A stretch of 64,000 nt of DNA from Candidatus Krumholzibacteriales bacterium (GCA_046483305.1 JAWODM010000018.1:1-64000), one strand, 5' to 3'; shown: positions 28,564-38,468, numbered from the stretch's first letter. The notes: generated from the letters alone by a model not told the origin. A program made the numbers and translations.

Positions 28564-31500
28564 TTACTGATCTTCGAGACTGTATTTCTTGATCTTGTTC
28601 AGAAGTGTGGGATAACTTATACCGAGCGCCTCCGAGGCGGCTTTCCTGTTCCAGGAATTTGCCTCCAGCATATTCCTGATAACGTCCTTCTCCAGTCTGC
28701 TTATTCTTTCAGGAAGCGTCATGCTTTTCTCGCTGCTTCTCTTTCCGGTCAGGGATGAATCGAATATTATCTCCGGGGGGGTAATTCTTGAATTCTCGTC
28801 AGTCAGGATCACCGCCCTGTTCATGACCTTCTCCACCTCCCGGACATTCCCGGTCCAGTCATAATTTACCAGTTTTTCCATTGCTTCTCTGGAAATACCG
28901 ATTATATTCTTCTTCATCTTTCTGGCGAGTTTCCTCATGAACTGCTGAGCAAGGAGTCTGATATCATCCCGCCTCTCGCGGAGAGGAGGTACGGTCATCG
29001 GAAAATCATTGATCCTGTAATAGAAATCCTCCAGCATCTTCCCTTTCTTGCACAGCTCCAGGAGGTCAACCTTTGAAGCGAAGATAAGCCTCACATTCAC
29101 ATCCTCCATCCGGTTGCTTCCCACCGGCCTGATCTTTCTGGAATCCAGGAACTGAAGAAGTTTTCCCTGAAGCTCCAGCGGCATCTTGCCTATTTCATCA
29201 AGAAAAGCGGTTCCGCCGTCAGCTTCGAGGAACAATCCCTTTTTATCCGAAACGGCTCCGGTAAAAGCTCCCCTGGCGTGGCCGAATAGTTCGCTCTCCA
29301 GCAGATTTCCAGGCAGAGCGGCGCAATTAAGGTGGACGAATTTTCCGGTACGGGGGCTTAAATCATGGATGGCTTCGGCTATCAGGCCTTTCCCGGTCCC
29401 CGTCTCCCCCATAAGAAGGACTGTGGAGTCTGTCTCCGCCACCCTTCTGGCAAGATTGCAGAGCGATATCATTGATTCATCGCAGGTAATTACCCTCTCA
29501 AATCCGCTCTTGGGCTCATTCCGGGCTTCGCCGGCTCTGGGAGAAAAGAATATTCCCTTGATCAGGAACCCTACGAAACCGGCATAAGTGGATACTACAT
29601 CATATATTGCTCCAAGCCTGGGAGGTTCTGATTCCGCGATTTCGGACTGGAAGAAAAGAAGGCCGACGGCCTTCCCATCCTTCTGTATCGGATAGATATA
29701 AACCGGAGCCTTTTCTCCCGGAAGTATATCCCTGATACCGCTGATCCTTCTGTCCTCCCCAACGTTGGTTATCAGAATCCTCTCGGTCGTTTCCTCGATC
29801 CCGCTGATCTCCTCATTCCTGAACCAGTCGCTTATCCTGGAGGATATATTTTCTGAAATTCCCCTTCTGGCCAGAATAAGGGGCTTTTCTCCACTCTTGA
29901 ATATCGAAACGAAGCCGTGATAAGCCTCGATCTTTTTCATCAGATCTTTAAGTATATAGTTAAGATATCCGTCCAGGTTCGAATTGCTGCTGAATACCTC
30001 CGGGAATCTATCCGGAACACTGAATGCTTCAGAGCCTTTTCCGTCAGCAGTTCTGACCGCCCTGTTTTCGATCTTTTTCCTGAAACGCCTGATCCTGCGG
30101 AGAAAATTCCTGTCTCCCAGTTCACGGGCGAGGTTCTTTGCCTTGTAAATATTTACCAGGCAGTCGTCAATATTTCCGAGTGACCTGGCGATCTTCGCCA
30201 TGGTGAAGTGACAGTTGGCGCATTCCTCGAACTCTTCCGCCCTCTTGAAATATGACAGAGATTCCTTCAGAAGCTTGCTGGCAATAATCAGCATCTTCCT
30301 TCCCCCCAGGCTGTAGAGATGATTCGCCAGTATGTAACCGGATATATGGGCTTCATACGGATTATTGACTGCCAGGAATACTCTTATACTGGAATTTATA
30401 TACTTTTTTGATTTCTCTGTGTTTTTGAGGAGGGCGTAAGCGCTTCCGACCGCCCTTTCAATATATCCTATTTCATGCAGCTCGTCGCAGTTCCTGGCTA
30501 CCCTTAGAGCTTCTTCGCCCTTTCTGATAGCCTCTTCCGGCTGCTTCAGGGCCACGTTGACTTCCACCTGCCTTCTGAGCACCTCGGCAACCACATCACT
30601 TTCGGGGAGTATTTCAACGGCCTTGTTCAAAGCCTTCTCGTAATTATCCGCGGCCTCCTCGTAATTGCCCTTGGCGAACATATAATCTCCGAGAAATTCA
30701 TCGCATAGGGCCGCTTCTCTTCTGTAATTATTCTTCTCGGTAATAACTTTCGCTTCCAGAATGCGCCGTTCAGCCGAGATCAGGTTTCCGGTCCTGGTTT
30801 CCTTTACTCCCTTCATCAGGGTTGCCTTGGTGTACCGGAGGTCATCCCCGATTCTCCTGGCCATATCTCTTACTCTCTCAAACTCACTTTCAGCTCTCGC
30901 AAAACTGCGTTTTTTAAGATGTACTATTCCAAGATTCAGCCTTACCCGGACCTCGTGCTGGGCCAGCCCGGTCTCCTCGCATATCTCCAGCGCCCGGTTA
31001 AGGAAATGCAGCGCCCTTCCCCACCGGCAGGCATTCTTGTGGAAGAGCCCCAGGTTGTTCAGCACATAAGATTCGCCTACCACATCGTTTATCCGCCTGT
31101 AGGATGAGAGCGCATCCAGGGAATAACGCTCGCTCTTGTCACTCTCCCCCATTCTTGCGTAACAGTTGGCTATGAGGAGCTGAGTGTGTGCGACTTCCTG
31201 GTGGCGGTTGGTAATTCTCAGACTTTTGTAAGACCTGCAACCCTCCCTGAGAGCTTCTTCCACATCGTTCTGGTCATAAAGAATAATCGCTCTCCTGGAA
31301 CCGATAATTGCGCGGGAGATGCCGTCATCTTCTCCGCAGTTAAGCTCCGCATCCTCAAGAAAAGCCATCGCCTCCGCCAGCATCCCCTTCTTCCGGTAAC
31401 AGTCGCTTATCTTACGGTAAATCCTGACTATGGAGTCAGGGTCAGCTTCTACATTCCGCTGAAGAGCCTTGGTATAGTATTCAAGAGCCACCGAATAGTT

Positions 31501-31617
31501 TTCGGTGGACAGGTGCATATCTCCAAGTTCTTCTTCAGAACCTGTTGATCTGAAGCCCCTCTCGGAATGTTCGTTTCCGAAATTGAATTTATCATCACCC
31601 TGTGGATTATCCGGCAT
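28564..31617 (-). CDS. TPR-GAF-AAA+-HTH sigma54-dependent activator
   Basis: About 520 aa of TPR-like helices (ALEYYTKAL, LNNLGLFH, LNLGIVH), a GAF-like segment, GETGTGK, LESELFGHARGAFTGA, FLDEIG, WTGNVRE, Fis-type HTH. Confidence 0.93.
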   Translation of the reverse strand: MPDNPQGDDKFNFGNEHSERGFRSTGSEEELGDMHLSTENYSVALEYYTKALQRNVEADPDSIVRIYRKISDCYRKKGMLAEAMAFLEDAELNCGEDDGISRAIIGSRRAIILYDQNDVEEALREGCRSYKSLRITNRHQEVAHTQLLIANCYARMGESDKSERYSLDALSSYRRINDVVGESYVLNNLGLFHKNACRWGRALHFLNRALEICEETGLAQHEVRVRLNLGIVHLKKRSFARAESEFERVRDMARRIGDDLRYTKATLMKGVKETRTGNLISAERRILEAKVITEKNNYRREAALCDEFLGDYMFAKGNYEEAADNYEKALNKAVEILPESDVVAEVLRRQVEVNVALKQPEEAIRKGEEALRVARNCDELHEIGYIERAVGSAYALLKNTEKSKKYINSSIRVFLAVNNPYEAHISGYILANHLYSLGGRKMLIIASKLLKESLSYFKRAEEFEECANCHFTMAKIARSLGNIDDCLVNIYKAKNLARELGDRNFLRRIRRFRKKIENRAVRTADGKGSEAFSVPDRFPEVFSSNSNLDGYLNYILKDLMKKIEAYHGFVSIFKSGEKPLILARRGISENISSRISDWFRNEEISGIEETTERILITNVGEDRRISGIRDILPGEKAPVYIYPIQKDGKAVGLLFFQSEIAESEPPRLGAIYDVVSTYAGFVGFLIKGIFFSPRAGEARNEPKSGFERVITCDESMISLCNLARRVAETDSTVLLMGETGTGKGLIAEAIHDLSPRTGKFVHLNCAALPGNLLESELFGHARGAFTGAVSDKKGLFLEADGGTAFLDEIGKMPLELQGKLLQFLDSRKIRPVGSNRMEDVNVRLIFASKVDLLELCKKGKMLEDFYYRINDFPMTVPPLRERRDDIRLLAQQFMRKLARKMKKNIIGISREAMEKLVNYDWTGNVREVEKVMNRAVILTDENSRITPPEIIFDSSLTGKRSSEKSMTLPERISRLEKDVIRNMLEANSWNRKAASEALGISYPTLLNKIKKYSLEDQ

Positions 31618-31684
31618 CGGTTTTCCAAACTGTTAAATCCAGGGGAAAATATGAATAATATATCTATAAGCTATTTATTATTTC

Positions 31685-31966
31685 TTATTTTTCCCTGTCA
31701 TTTCTTCCAGCATCATTTATCAGGTCGTCCCTGGCGTTCTCTCTCGTGCGGCCGTTAGCATAATCATCCGCATCTCCACCGACTATATTGATTGTAACAT
31801 CATCATCATCATCCGGAGTTATACTATCTATTATTTTTACAGCAAACCTGTAAAAACAGGACGACAGTATTCTCTGGTTGTTGACATCGATTATCGGTGA
31901 AGCATTAACTGATGAGGAGAGAAAAATGCATGCGAGAAGAATAACCGCAAAAATTTTCCCTTTCAT
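31685..31966 (-). CDS. Small secreted acidic protein (93 aa)
   Basis: AGGAGAGGAG RBS; signal peptide MKGKIFAVILLACIFLSSSVNA; mature part contains DDDDD and GGDADDYANG. Confidence 0.75.
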   Translation of the reverse strand: MKGKIFAVILLACIFLSSSVNASPIIDVNNQRILSSCFYRFAVKIIDSITPDDDDDVTINIVGGDADDYANGRTRENARDDLINDAGRNDREK

Positions 31967-32028
31967 GGCTCCTCTCCTTTTTGAAGCCTGAAGCTTCAAA
32001 ACACCCTGCAATCCCTTTTCCTTGTTTA

Positions 32029-32057
32029 ATGTTAAAACAACGGCAGTGCCGGGTCAA
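32029..32057 (-). promoter_or_regulatory. Promoter upstream of the small secreted protein gene
   Basis: TTGACC-17 nt-TAACAT. The spacer itself reads CGGCAC-TGCCG-TTGT, a sigma54-like element. Confidence 0.55.
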
Positions 32058-32177
32058 TAGATTTTTCCGTAAAAGCGATTGATAAATAATCTATTACAAG
32101 ATTTATCTGATTTATTGAGGAATAACTAGTCACAGGCGTTTCTGACTATATTTTTCAGCCGTTAAATACTGATTTTC

Positions 32178-33530
32178 TCAGCCCCGGTAGCTGATATCGT
32201 ACTTATTGAGTTTGTTGTAAAGGTTGCTTCTCTGCATACCGAGCTTCCGGGCTGTCCTGGATACATTCCCTTCATTCTCCCTGAGTTTTCGAATAAAGAA
32301 CTCCTTCTCAACCAGGTCCTTAAATTCATTATAGTTATCAACGCTGAAAGGATTCGCGGCGCTCTCCTCTTCACTTTCCAGGCGGGGCATGTCGGATATG
32401 CCTATCGCTTTATTCCTGCTGAGAATGCACATCCTTTCGATCATATTCCTCAGTTCCCTCACATTACCAGGCCAGCTGTAGTTCTTCAACTCCTCCATCA
32501 GCGGTTCGGATATGGATTTCTTCTCCAGCCCAAGTTCGGCTGTAATCTGCTCCAGAAAATAAGATACCAGAATAGGGATGTCCGAAACTCTTTCACGGAG
32601 GGGTATAACCTCTATCGGCACCACATTCAGCCGGAAATACAGATCTTTTCTGAAAGTGCCATTTTCAATTTCTTTCTCCAGATTCTTGTTGGAAGCGGCG
32701 ATAACTCTCACGTCTACTTTGATCTGTTTACTCCCTCCCACCCGCTGCAATACTGATTCCTGAAGAACCCGGAGAACCTTGGCCTGGGCGGAGAGGCTCA
32801 TATCCCCGACTTCGTCGAGGAAAAGGGTTCCTTCGTCGGCCAGCTCGAACTTGCCGATCCTCAAATCAGTCGCTCCGGTAAAGGATCCCTTTTCATGTCC
32901 GAACAGTTCGCTCTCTATAAGGTCTTCGGGAATAGCCGCGCAGTTCACTTCGATAAAAGATTCGTTAGCCCGGGCGCTCAGTTCATGGATCTTTCTGGCA
33001 ACCAGTTCCTTGCCGGTTCCATTCTCGCCGGTGATTAGAACTCTGGCATTGGTGGGCGCTACCTGCCGGATAGTATTCATGATATCCTTTACGCTCTGAT
33101 GTTCTCCGATAATCCTGGTCTCGGATTCCATTTTCTTTTTCAGTCTGATATTCTGCCTGGCCAGCCTTCCCTGCCTGATACCGTTTCTCACCGTCAGAAG
33201 AACTCTGTCCAGGTCAATAGGTTTCTCAATAAAATCGAAAGCGCCCAGCTTGGTGGCTTTAACCGCCGTATCAATGTTTCCGTGGCCCGATATTATTATT
33301 ACCGGCAGGAACGGTTCTATCCTCTTCAACTCCTCCAGCACCTCTATACCGTCCATCCCCGGCATTTTGATGTCGAGAAGAACTATATCCACCATCTCAT
33401 TCTTTACCGTCTCAATTGCGGCAGTCCCTTCAGGCGCCGTGAGCACGGCGTAATCTTCGTAAGAGAGAAGTTTCTTCAGGGAATCCCTGATGCTTTTCTC
33501 ATCGTCTACTATCAGGACTTTCTTGCTCAT
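32178..33530 (-). CDS. NtrC/NtrX-family sigma54-type response regulator
   Basis: REC (VLIVDDE, LLDIKMP, FIEKP), GENGTGKE, ESELFGHEKGSFTGA, WPGNVRELRN, HTH. ATG at 33530 overlaps the ppx stop (TAATG). Confidence 0.95.
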   Translation of the reverse strand: MSKKVLIVDDEKSIRDSLKKLLSYEDYAVLTAPEGTAAIETVKNEMVDIVLLDIKMPGMDGIEVLEELKRIEPFLPVIIISGHGNIDTAVKATKLGAFDFIEKPIDLDRVLLTVRNGIRQGRLARQNIRLKKKMESETRIIGEHQSVKDIMNTIRQVAPTNARVLITGENGTGKELVARKIHELSARANESFIEVNCAAIPEDLIESELFGHEKGSFTGATDLRIGKFELADEGTLFLDEVGDMSLSAQAKVLRVLQESVLQRVGGSKQIKVDVRVIAASNKNLEKEIENGTFRKDLYFRLNVVPIEVIPLRERVSDIPILVSYFLEQITAELGLEKKSISEPLMEELKNYSWPGNVRELRNMIERMCILSRNKAIGISDMPRLESEEESAANPFSVDNYNEFKDLVEKEFFIRKLRENEGNVSRTARKLGMQRSNLYNKLNKYDISYRG

Positions 33531-34534
33531 TAAAAGACATACCTCCCTGCAATTGCTTCTCCGGAGAGAATAACCCCCCACCTCAAATCTCTGGAAGTTA
33601 TTCTGAACATCTTAATATTCATGGATTCAAGAATAAAATTCAACAGAACAATTCCGGCGGGCAGGAGTTCCGCCCTCTCGCCGGATACCGTCAGAAGGCG
33701 CTGCCAACTGACAACAGGCAGCCCCCTGACTCTTCTTACCAGGAGTCTCCAATCATCCATGCGCATCCCGGTGGTCCTGCCGGGGTCCGGTTCAACCCCA
33801 CTCATCAATTGATGGATCATTCCCGCCGTAACCGCTGTTCCGCCGGTCAGCAGGAAAGAACTCCGGCCATTCAGACTGATACCCCGCCCCTCAATCTCCT
33901 CCGAACCGGGGAAAAATCCATCGCCGGCCAGATTAACCAGGCAGTTTCTCAGAGATCTGATCATCAGCCTGCCTGACGGCCTTCTTGCCGCCGAAGCGAG
34001 AGAGTGAGTACCGAAAGGTATCTCCAGGTAATCATCAAAGGACCCCGCGCCACCGCTGGCTATCTCGGTACTGGTCCCTCCGAGGTCTATCAGAACAGCC
34101 TGTCTGTCATCGGGCAGAATTGAGGACGCTCCCAGAAAGGAGTAAGCCGCCTCCCCCTCTTCAGTGAGAACCCGAAGCTTACATGAACAGCTGTCGCTCA
34201 GAAAAGATACTATTTCCCTGGAATTCCGGGCTTTTCTGAAAGTTCCGGTTCCGGCGATCACCGGGTCGGGACAGCCATTGACAGCGGAAAGATGGAGAAG
34301 CTCGTTCAGCAGATCCCCAGCCCTGTTAAGACTTTCTTCACTTACATAACCTTCCTTTACCGCCTCCCGCCCCCACCCCACGAATCTCCTGTCCTCAAAT
34401 ACCGGCTTGATATCAGGGCCCTTCCCGGTGCCGATCCGCTCCGCCACCAGAAGCCTGAAATAACTGCTGCCCAGGTCCAGGCAACCCTTCAAATCTCTTT
34501 TAGCTCTGGACAATTCGGTTTTATAACTTATCAT
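33530..34534 (-). CDS. Ppx/GppA family phosphatase (short form)
   Basis: LDLGSSYFRL, GTGTFRKARN, EGEAAYSFLG, IDLGGTSTE, TGGT, RAELLPAG, DLRWG. Start uncertain (ATG 34534 or TTG 34492). Confidence 0.85.
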   Translation of the reverse strand: MISYKTELSRAKRDLKGCLDLGSSYFRLLVAERIGTGKGPDIKPVFEDRRFVGWGREAVKEGYVSEESLNRAGDLLNELLHLSAVNGCPDPVIAGTGTFRKARNSREIVSFLSDSCSCKLRVLTEEGEAAYSFLGASSILPDDRQAVLIDLGGTSTEIASGGAGSFDDYLEIPFGTHSLASAARRPSGRLMIRSLRNCLVNLAGDGFFPGSEEIEGRGISLNGRSSFLLTGGTAVTAGMIHQLMSGVEPDPGRTTGMRMDDWRLLVRRVRGLPVVSWQRLLTVSGERAELLPAGIVLLNFILESMNIKMFRITSRDLRWGVILSGEAIAGRYVF

Positions 34535-34554
34535 CTCATAAAAAGGAGAACGGA

Positions 34555-35586
34555 TTGAAAAAGAAAAACATAAAAAATCTTTCCACGGATGAACTGTCTT
34601 CAATCATAGAAGATCTGGGTGAAAAAAACCACAGAAAATCTCAGCTGATGAAATGGTTATATCAGAAGGGTGTGGAAGATTTCAACCTGATGAGCAATCT
34701 TCCCGGAGAGTTTAGAGAATGGCTCGATTCCCGGTTCAGGATCAGCTCTCTGTCCCTGGCGGAAGTGGTGGAATCGAAGGAAGACGGAAGCGCTAAATTC
34801 CTGCTTCAATGTGAGGACGGGCTCCTTCTGGAAGCTGTGCTGATGGAATTCGATAAACACCAGACCATCTGCATCTCCAGCCAGATAGGGTGCCCCCTGC
34901 GTTGCGCCTTCTGCAGTACCGGGATGCAGGGATTCGAAAGAAACCTGCGCTCCGATGAGATACTCAACCAGGTGCTCTTTTTCAGGAAAAACCATATTTA
35001 CCCCAGGAGAAGGTTCAACATTGTTTTCATGGGTATGGGAGAGCCTTTCCTCAACCTTGAAAATCTTTACCGGGCGCTGGAGATACTGAACCACCAGGAC
35101 GGATTCGCTCTGGCGGAAAAAAGAATTACAGTAAGCACCATCGGTTTCCCGGAGAAAATCATCGAAGCGGCCGAAAGCAGCCTGAAATTCAGCCTGGCCA
35201 TATCTCTGAACGGGACCACCGACAGCAAGAGAAAGGAACTGATGCCGGGGTCCGGACCGATCGAAGAAACACTCTCGGCCGCTGAATATTTTTCCAGGAT
35301 GAAAGGGACCAGAACCACTCTGGAATATGTGCTGATAAATGGAGAGAACGATTCTGACGACGATGCGGCCAGGCTTTCTGGAATGACCTCCGGAAAACCT
35401 TTCAAGATCAATCTTATCCCATTCAATGAATGGAAAGGGTCTCCCTTCAGAACCCCGTCTGAGAAGAGGCTGAACCGGTTTATCAAGCTTCTCCTTCCCT
35501 CGGCTCCGGCGGTAACGGTTCGAAGAAGCAGAGGGAAAGATATATCGGCGGCCTGCGGCCAGCTTCGTTATCGAAGGAAGGGCTGA
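34555..35586 (+). CDS. rlmN: Dual-specificity rRNA/tRNA methyltransferase RlmN
   Basis: CISSQIGCPLRCAFC, NIVFMGMGEP, ITVSTIG, EYVLI..END, DISAACGQL. Confidence 0.97.
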   Translation: MKKKNIKNLSTDELSSIIEDLGEKNHRKSQLMKWLYQKGVEDFNLMSNLPGEFREWLDSRFRISSLSLAEVVESKEDGSAKFLLQCEDGLLLEAVLMEFDKHQTICISSQIGCPLRCAFCSTGMQGFERNLRSDEILNQVLFFRKNHIYPRRRFNIVFMGMGEPFLNLENLYRALEILNHQDGFALAEKRITVSTIGFPEKIIEAAESSLKFSLAISLNGTTDSKRKELMPGSGPIEETLSAAEYFSRMKGTRTTLEYVLINGENDSDDDAARLSGMTSGKPFKINLIPFNEWKGSPFRTPSEKRLNRFIKLLLPSAPAVTVRRSRGKDISAACGQLRYRRKG

Positions 35587-35595
35587 ACCGCATTA

Positions 35596-36678
35596 TTATC
35601 TGAGGAGGAGCATTTTGCCGCTGGAGATTTCTCTTCCGGCCTTCACCACATAAAGGTAAACGCCGCTGGAAGCGGGCAATCCTCTTCGGTCTCTGCCGTC
35701 CCAGGTTGCCGTGACCGTACCCTCCGGCAGCGGTTCATTGTAGATCTCTCTTACCAGCCTTCCCCTGACATCAAATACCGATATGCTCAAATACGTCGCA
35801 GCTTTGACGGACTCCCGGTTGAGGTCGACCCTGACAGTAGTGGAAGGATTGAAAGGATTGGGGTAATTCGACGCCGCAAGCGCTGCGGGTTCAGACGAGC
35901 CCCGCCGGGCCGGGCTGTAACCGCCGATCAGTGAACAGAAAAAATCCTCCAGGCCCGGAACTTCATCCGGAAGCGGAAGTTCGCTGTTTTCGATCGCGTC
36001 GGTATAAAGAGCTCCATCGCCGGCGAAGAGGTACCTGAAATCCTCCGCAAATACCTCAAGCGGATTGTCCGAATGGCAGCAGTTGTTCAACCCGCCCTCC
36101 CAATCGGTGGCCAGGCCCCGCATATCCGTATATACCTGCCACTGCCGGACACTGTCTGCCGGAAGATATCTGGTCTGCACGCAGTGGCCCAATTCATGGG
36201 TAACCGTATATCTGCTGGCCGTGGAAGAAGGCTCCAGCACCCCGGGTGAAAGGAAAATCCTGTAGCCGCTGGCGGTGCTGTTTATTATGCCCCTTCTGGG
36301 AAACGGAAGAAGGTAGACTTTAATCTCTATATCGATAGCATGACCGTTTACATCAACACTGCTGAGAGCTTCCACGATATCCATAAAGCGGTGCGGGTGG
36401 AATTCCCCGTCGCCGCTGAAGGATATCTCCCGGTCCTCCGCATCCTCTATAAGGGCATATTCCCACCCTCTTTCCACCACGAATATCAGCTCTCCGGCTT
36501 CATTCCTCCTGGTCATCTCCTCTTCGATCACCCCGGGTGTGTAAATGCTTGCCTCGATACCGTTTTCAAAGGAATAATTGAGTGATTTTCCCAATACAGG
36601 CGAAAACACGGCGGGGAAAAGCGAGAGGCAAACAGCCAGGATTGCAACCCATAACTTATTGTTATTTATATAATTCAC
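35596..36678 (-). CDS. Secreted zinc metallopeptidase-like protein with FlgD-Ig/T9SS-type C-terminal domain
   Basis: Signal peptide, THELGH, EVFAEDF, NYPNPFNPST...FDVRGRLV...WDGRD...SSGVY...KMLLLR. Confidence 0.85.
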   Translation of the reverse strand: MNYINNNKLWVAILAVCLSLFPAVFSPVLGKSLNYSFENGIEASIYTPGVIEEEMTRRNEAGELIFVVERGWEYALIEDAEDREISFSGDGEFHPHRFMDIVEALSSVDVNGHAIDIEIKVYLLPFPRRGIINSTASGYRIFLSPGVLEPSSTASRYTVTHELGHCVQTRYLPADSVRQWQVYTDMRGLATDWEGGLNNCCHSDNPLEVFAEDFRYLFAGDGALYTDAIENSELPLPDEVPGLEDFFCSLIGGYSPARRGSSEPAALAASNYPNPFNPSTTVRVDLNRESVKAATYLSISVFDVRGRLVREIYNEPLPEGTVTATWDGRDRRGLPASSGVYLYVVKAGREISSGKMLLLR

Positions 36679-36987
36679 AACTATACACAGTTCGTTGACT
36701 TAAAAATGTCACATTAATCAACTGCATCTGCCATTCCCATAAGGCGCCGGGGCAGAGCGCCTTCAGGGAATCCGGCGTGGGCAGCCGGAAAGCGATAAGA
36801 TAATTACCTGTGCTACAATTACTTATCCCAGGAGGCCAGAAACGGCATAATTTCATTGTTTTGAAATCGGAAGATCAAATAGGACCGCGCAACCCGGATT
36901 ATTGAGGAATATCCCCCATTTGTTCAGGAGTGCGAGAGATTGATTGCCCCGTATCAGAATGTAATATATATAGTTATGGGAATATAT

Positions 36988-37007
36988 AAGAAAGCGGATT
37001 ATTCCGC
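36988..37007 (-). terminator. Possible terminator after the BamA/TamA gene
   Basis: GCGGA-ataa-TCCGC followed by TTTCTT on the minus strand; the stem is short. Confidence 0.4.
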
Positions 37008-37019
37008 AGTACTCGCCCG

Positions 37020-38468
37020 CTAGAACCTGCTGCTCGAGACAAAATAAAGCCCGCCGTGCCCGTGCGTGTCTCCGGCATATTCAAGCCGGATCAGATTCTG
37101 GAAGGGAGATACTATCTCTATACCACCGCCGGCGGTGGAATGGAAATCGGACAGCCTGATAAGGTCGAATGAATCGGTTAGGGCTCCGGTATCCACAAAA
37201 GCGGTAAGGTTGACACTCAGGTCAAACCTGCCAATCCAGGGGATACTGTACTCCCGGGGGCCGAATACCAGTTTCCGCCACTGGAAACTCCCCAGTATCT
37301 TGGAAGTGGCTTTTTCTTCGCTGTTATAACCGCGGAGGTCTGAATCCCCCCCCAGCCTCATCAGGAAAAAAGATGGCAGGTCGCCGTCCCTGTTGAATAT
37401 ATCGAGGCCCAGTATAAAGGTATCATTATCTGTTACGGGTATGAAGTTCCGGTGGGTGAACTGATAAAATGCATAATTCTGCTCGAGTCCTGTCAGAGAG
37501 TGAACATAAAGCATATATATATTGGAAATCACCCCGGAAGTAGGCACGATATTTCTGTTTCTGCTGTCGTACAGAAAGGAGAATCCGGTCGAAGCGAGGC
37601 TCTGCCTGAAGAAGACACCGGCCGGGTAATTCACATTCTCCGGTATCGATAATCTCGACTCCCTTTCTTCCAGGGAGACGGATGGGAAAAACCAGAGCTG
37701 CCTGACCACGCTTTCACTTACAGGAAACCCGAGCCGGATTCCTGCCCCGGTGCGCGCCTTTATGAAATCATTACTCTCAGGTTCGCGCAGCTTCCTGTAA
37801 TTGAAAATATTAAGATTAAATCTCAGCCTCCTGCCCAGAAACCAGGGTATGTACCATGAGGCCCCCCCGCTGTGATCTTCATCGTTCCTCTTCTTGAAAT
37901 CGACCGAAAGGTGCTCGCCCAGTCCTCTGAAATTATCTATTTTCCATTTCACCCCGTACTTGAGTCCCCGTTCGAAATCATAATCCAGCACCGGGTAAGG
38001 ATACTTCAGAAAGAGATCGGGGCGTTCATTAATCTTCACCATTATACGGCAGCGGTTCCGCCCCAGCTCTCTGACTGATATGCGCACGCTGGAGAAGTAA
38101 CCCAGTCCGTAAAGATAGGAAAGGTCCCTCTCCAGGTAATCCGGGGTGAGCCTGGTTCCCTGCTTGGAGGCCATTTCGCGCAGGATGGTTCTTCGCTTGG
38201 TACTGCGGTTCCCCGAAATCACAACCGTATCTATTATCTGGCCGGCAAAATTATCGAAATCCGTTTGTTCGGATTCCCCGGCCGGCCTGCACTGGCCGAA
38301 TAGAAGTCCGCCTCCGCCCGTCAACAGTTCAGCGGATTCCTTTTCAACAGTTTCCAACGGTTGGGAAGAAGGTCGGGAAGACAGAAGCGCCCCTATTAAC
38401 AGTATTGATAAAAACAGAATATAATTAACCGATATCTTTTTCAATTCAAACAGCCGGGCCCGGTTCAA
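37020..38468 (-). CDS. BamA/TamA (Omp85) family protein with one POTRA domain
   Basis: ISGNRSTKRRTILRE...LYGLGYFSSV POTRA, NFRGLG, YDSRN..PTSG, LGGDSDLRGY, terminal F. Confidence 0.88.
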   Translation of the reverse strand: MNRARLFELKKISVNYILFLSILLIGALLSSRPSSQPLETVEKESAELLTGGGGLLFGQCRPAGESEQTDFDNFAGQIIDTVVISGNRSTKRRTILREMASKQGTRLTPDYLERDLSYLYGLGYFSSVRISVRELGRNRCRIMVKINERPDLFLKYPYPVLDYDFERGLKYGVKWKIDNFRGLGEHLSVDFKKRNDEDHSGGASWYIPWFLGRRLRFNLNIFNYRKLREPESNDFIKARTGAGIRLGFPVSESVVRQLWFFPSVSLEERESRLSIPENVNYPAGVFFRQSLASTGFSFLYDSRNRNIVPTSGVISNIYMLYVHSLTGLEQNYAFYQFTHRNFIPVTDNDTFILGLDIFNRDGDLPSFFLMRLGGDSDLRGYNSEEKATSKILGSFQWRKLVFGPREYSIPWIGRFDLSVNLTAFVDTGALTDSFDLIRLSDFHSTAGGGIEIVSPFQNLIRLEYAGDTHGHGGLYFVSSSRF

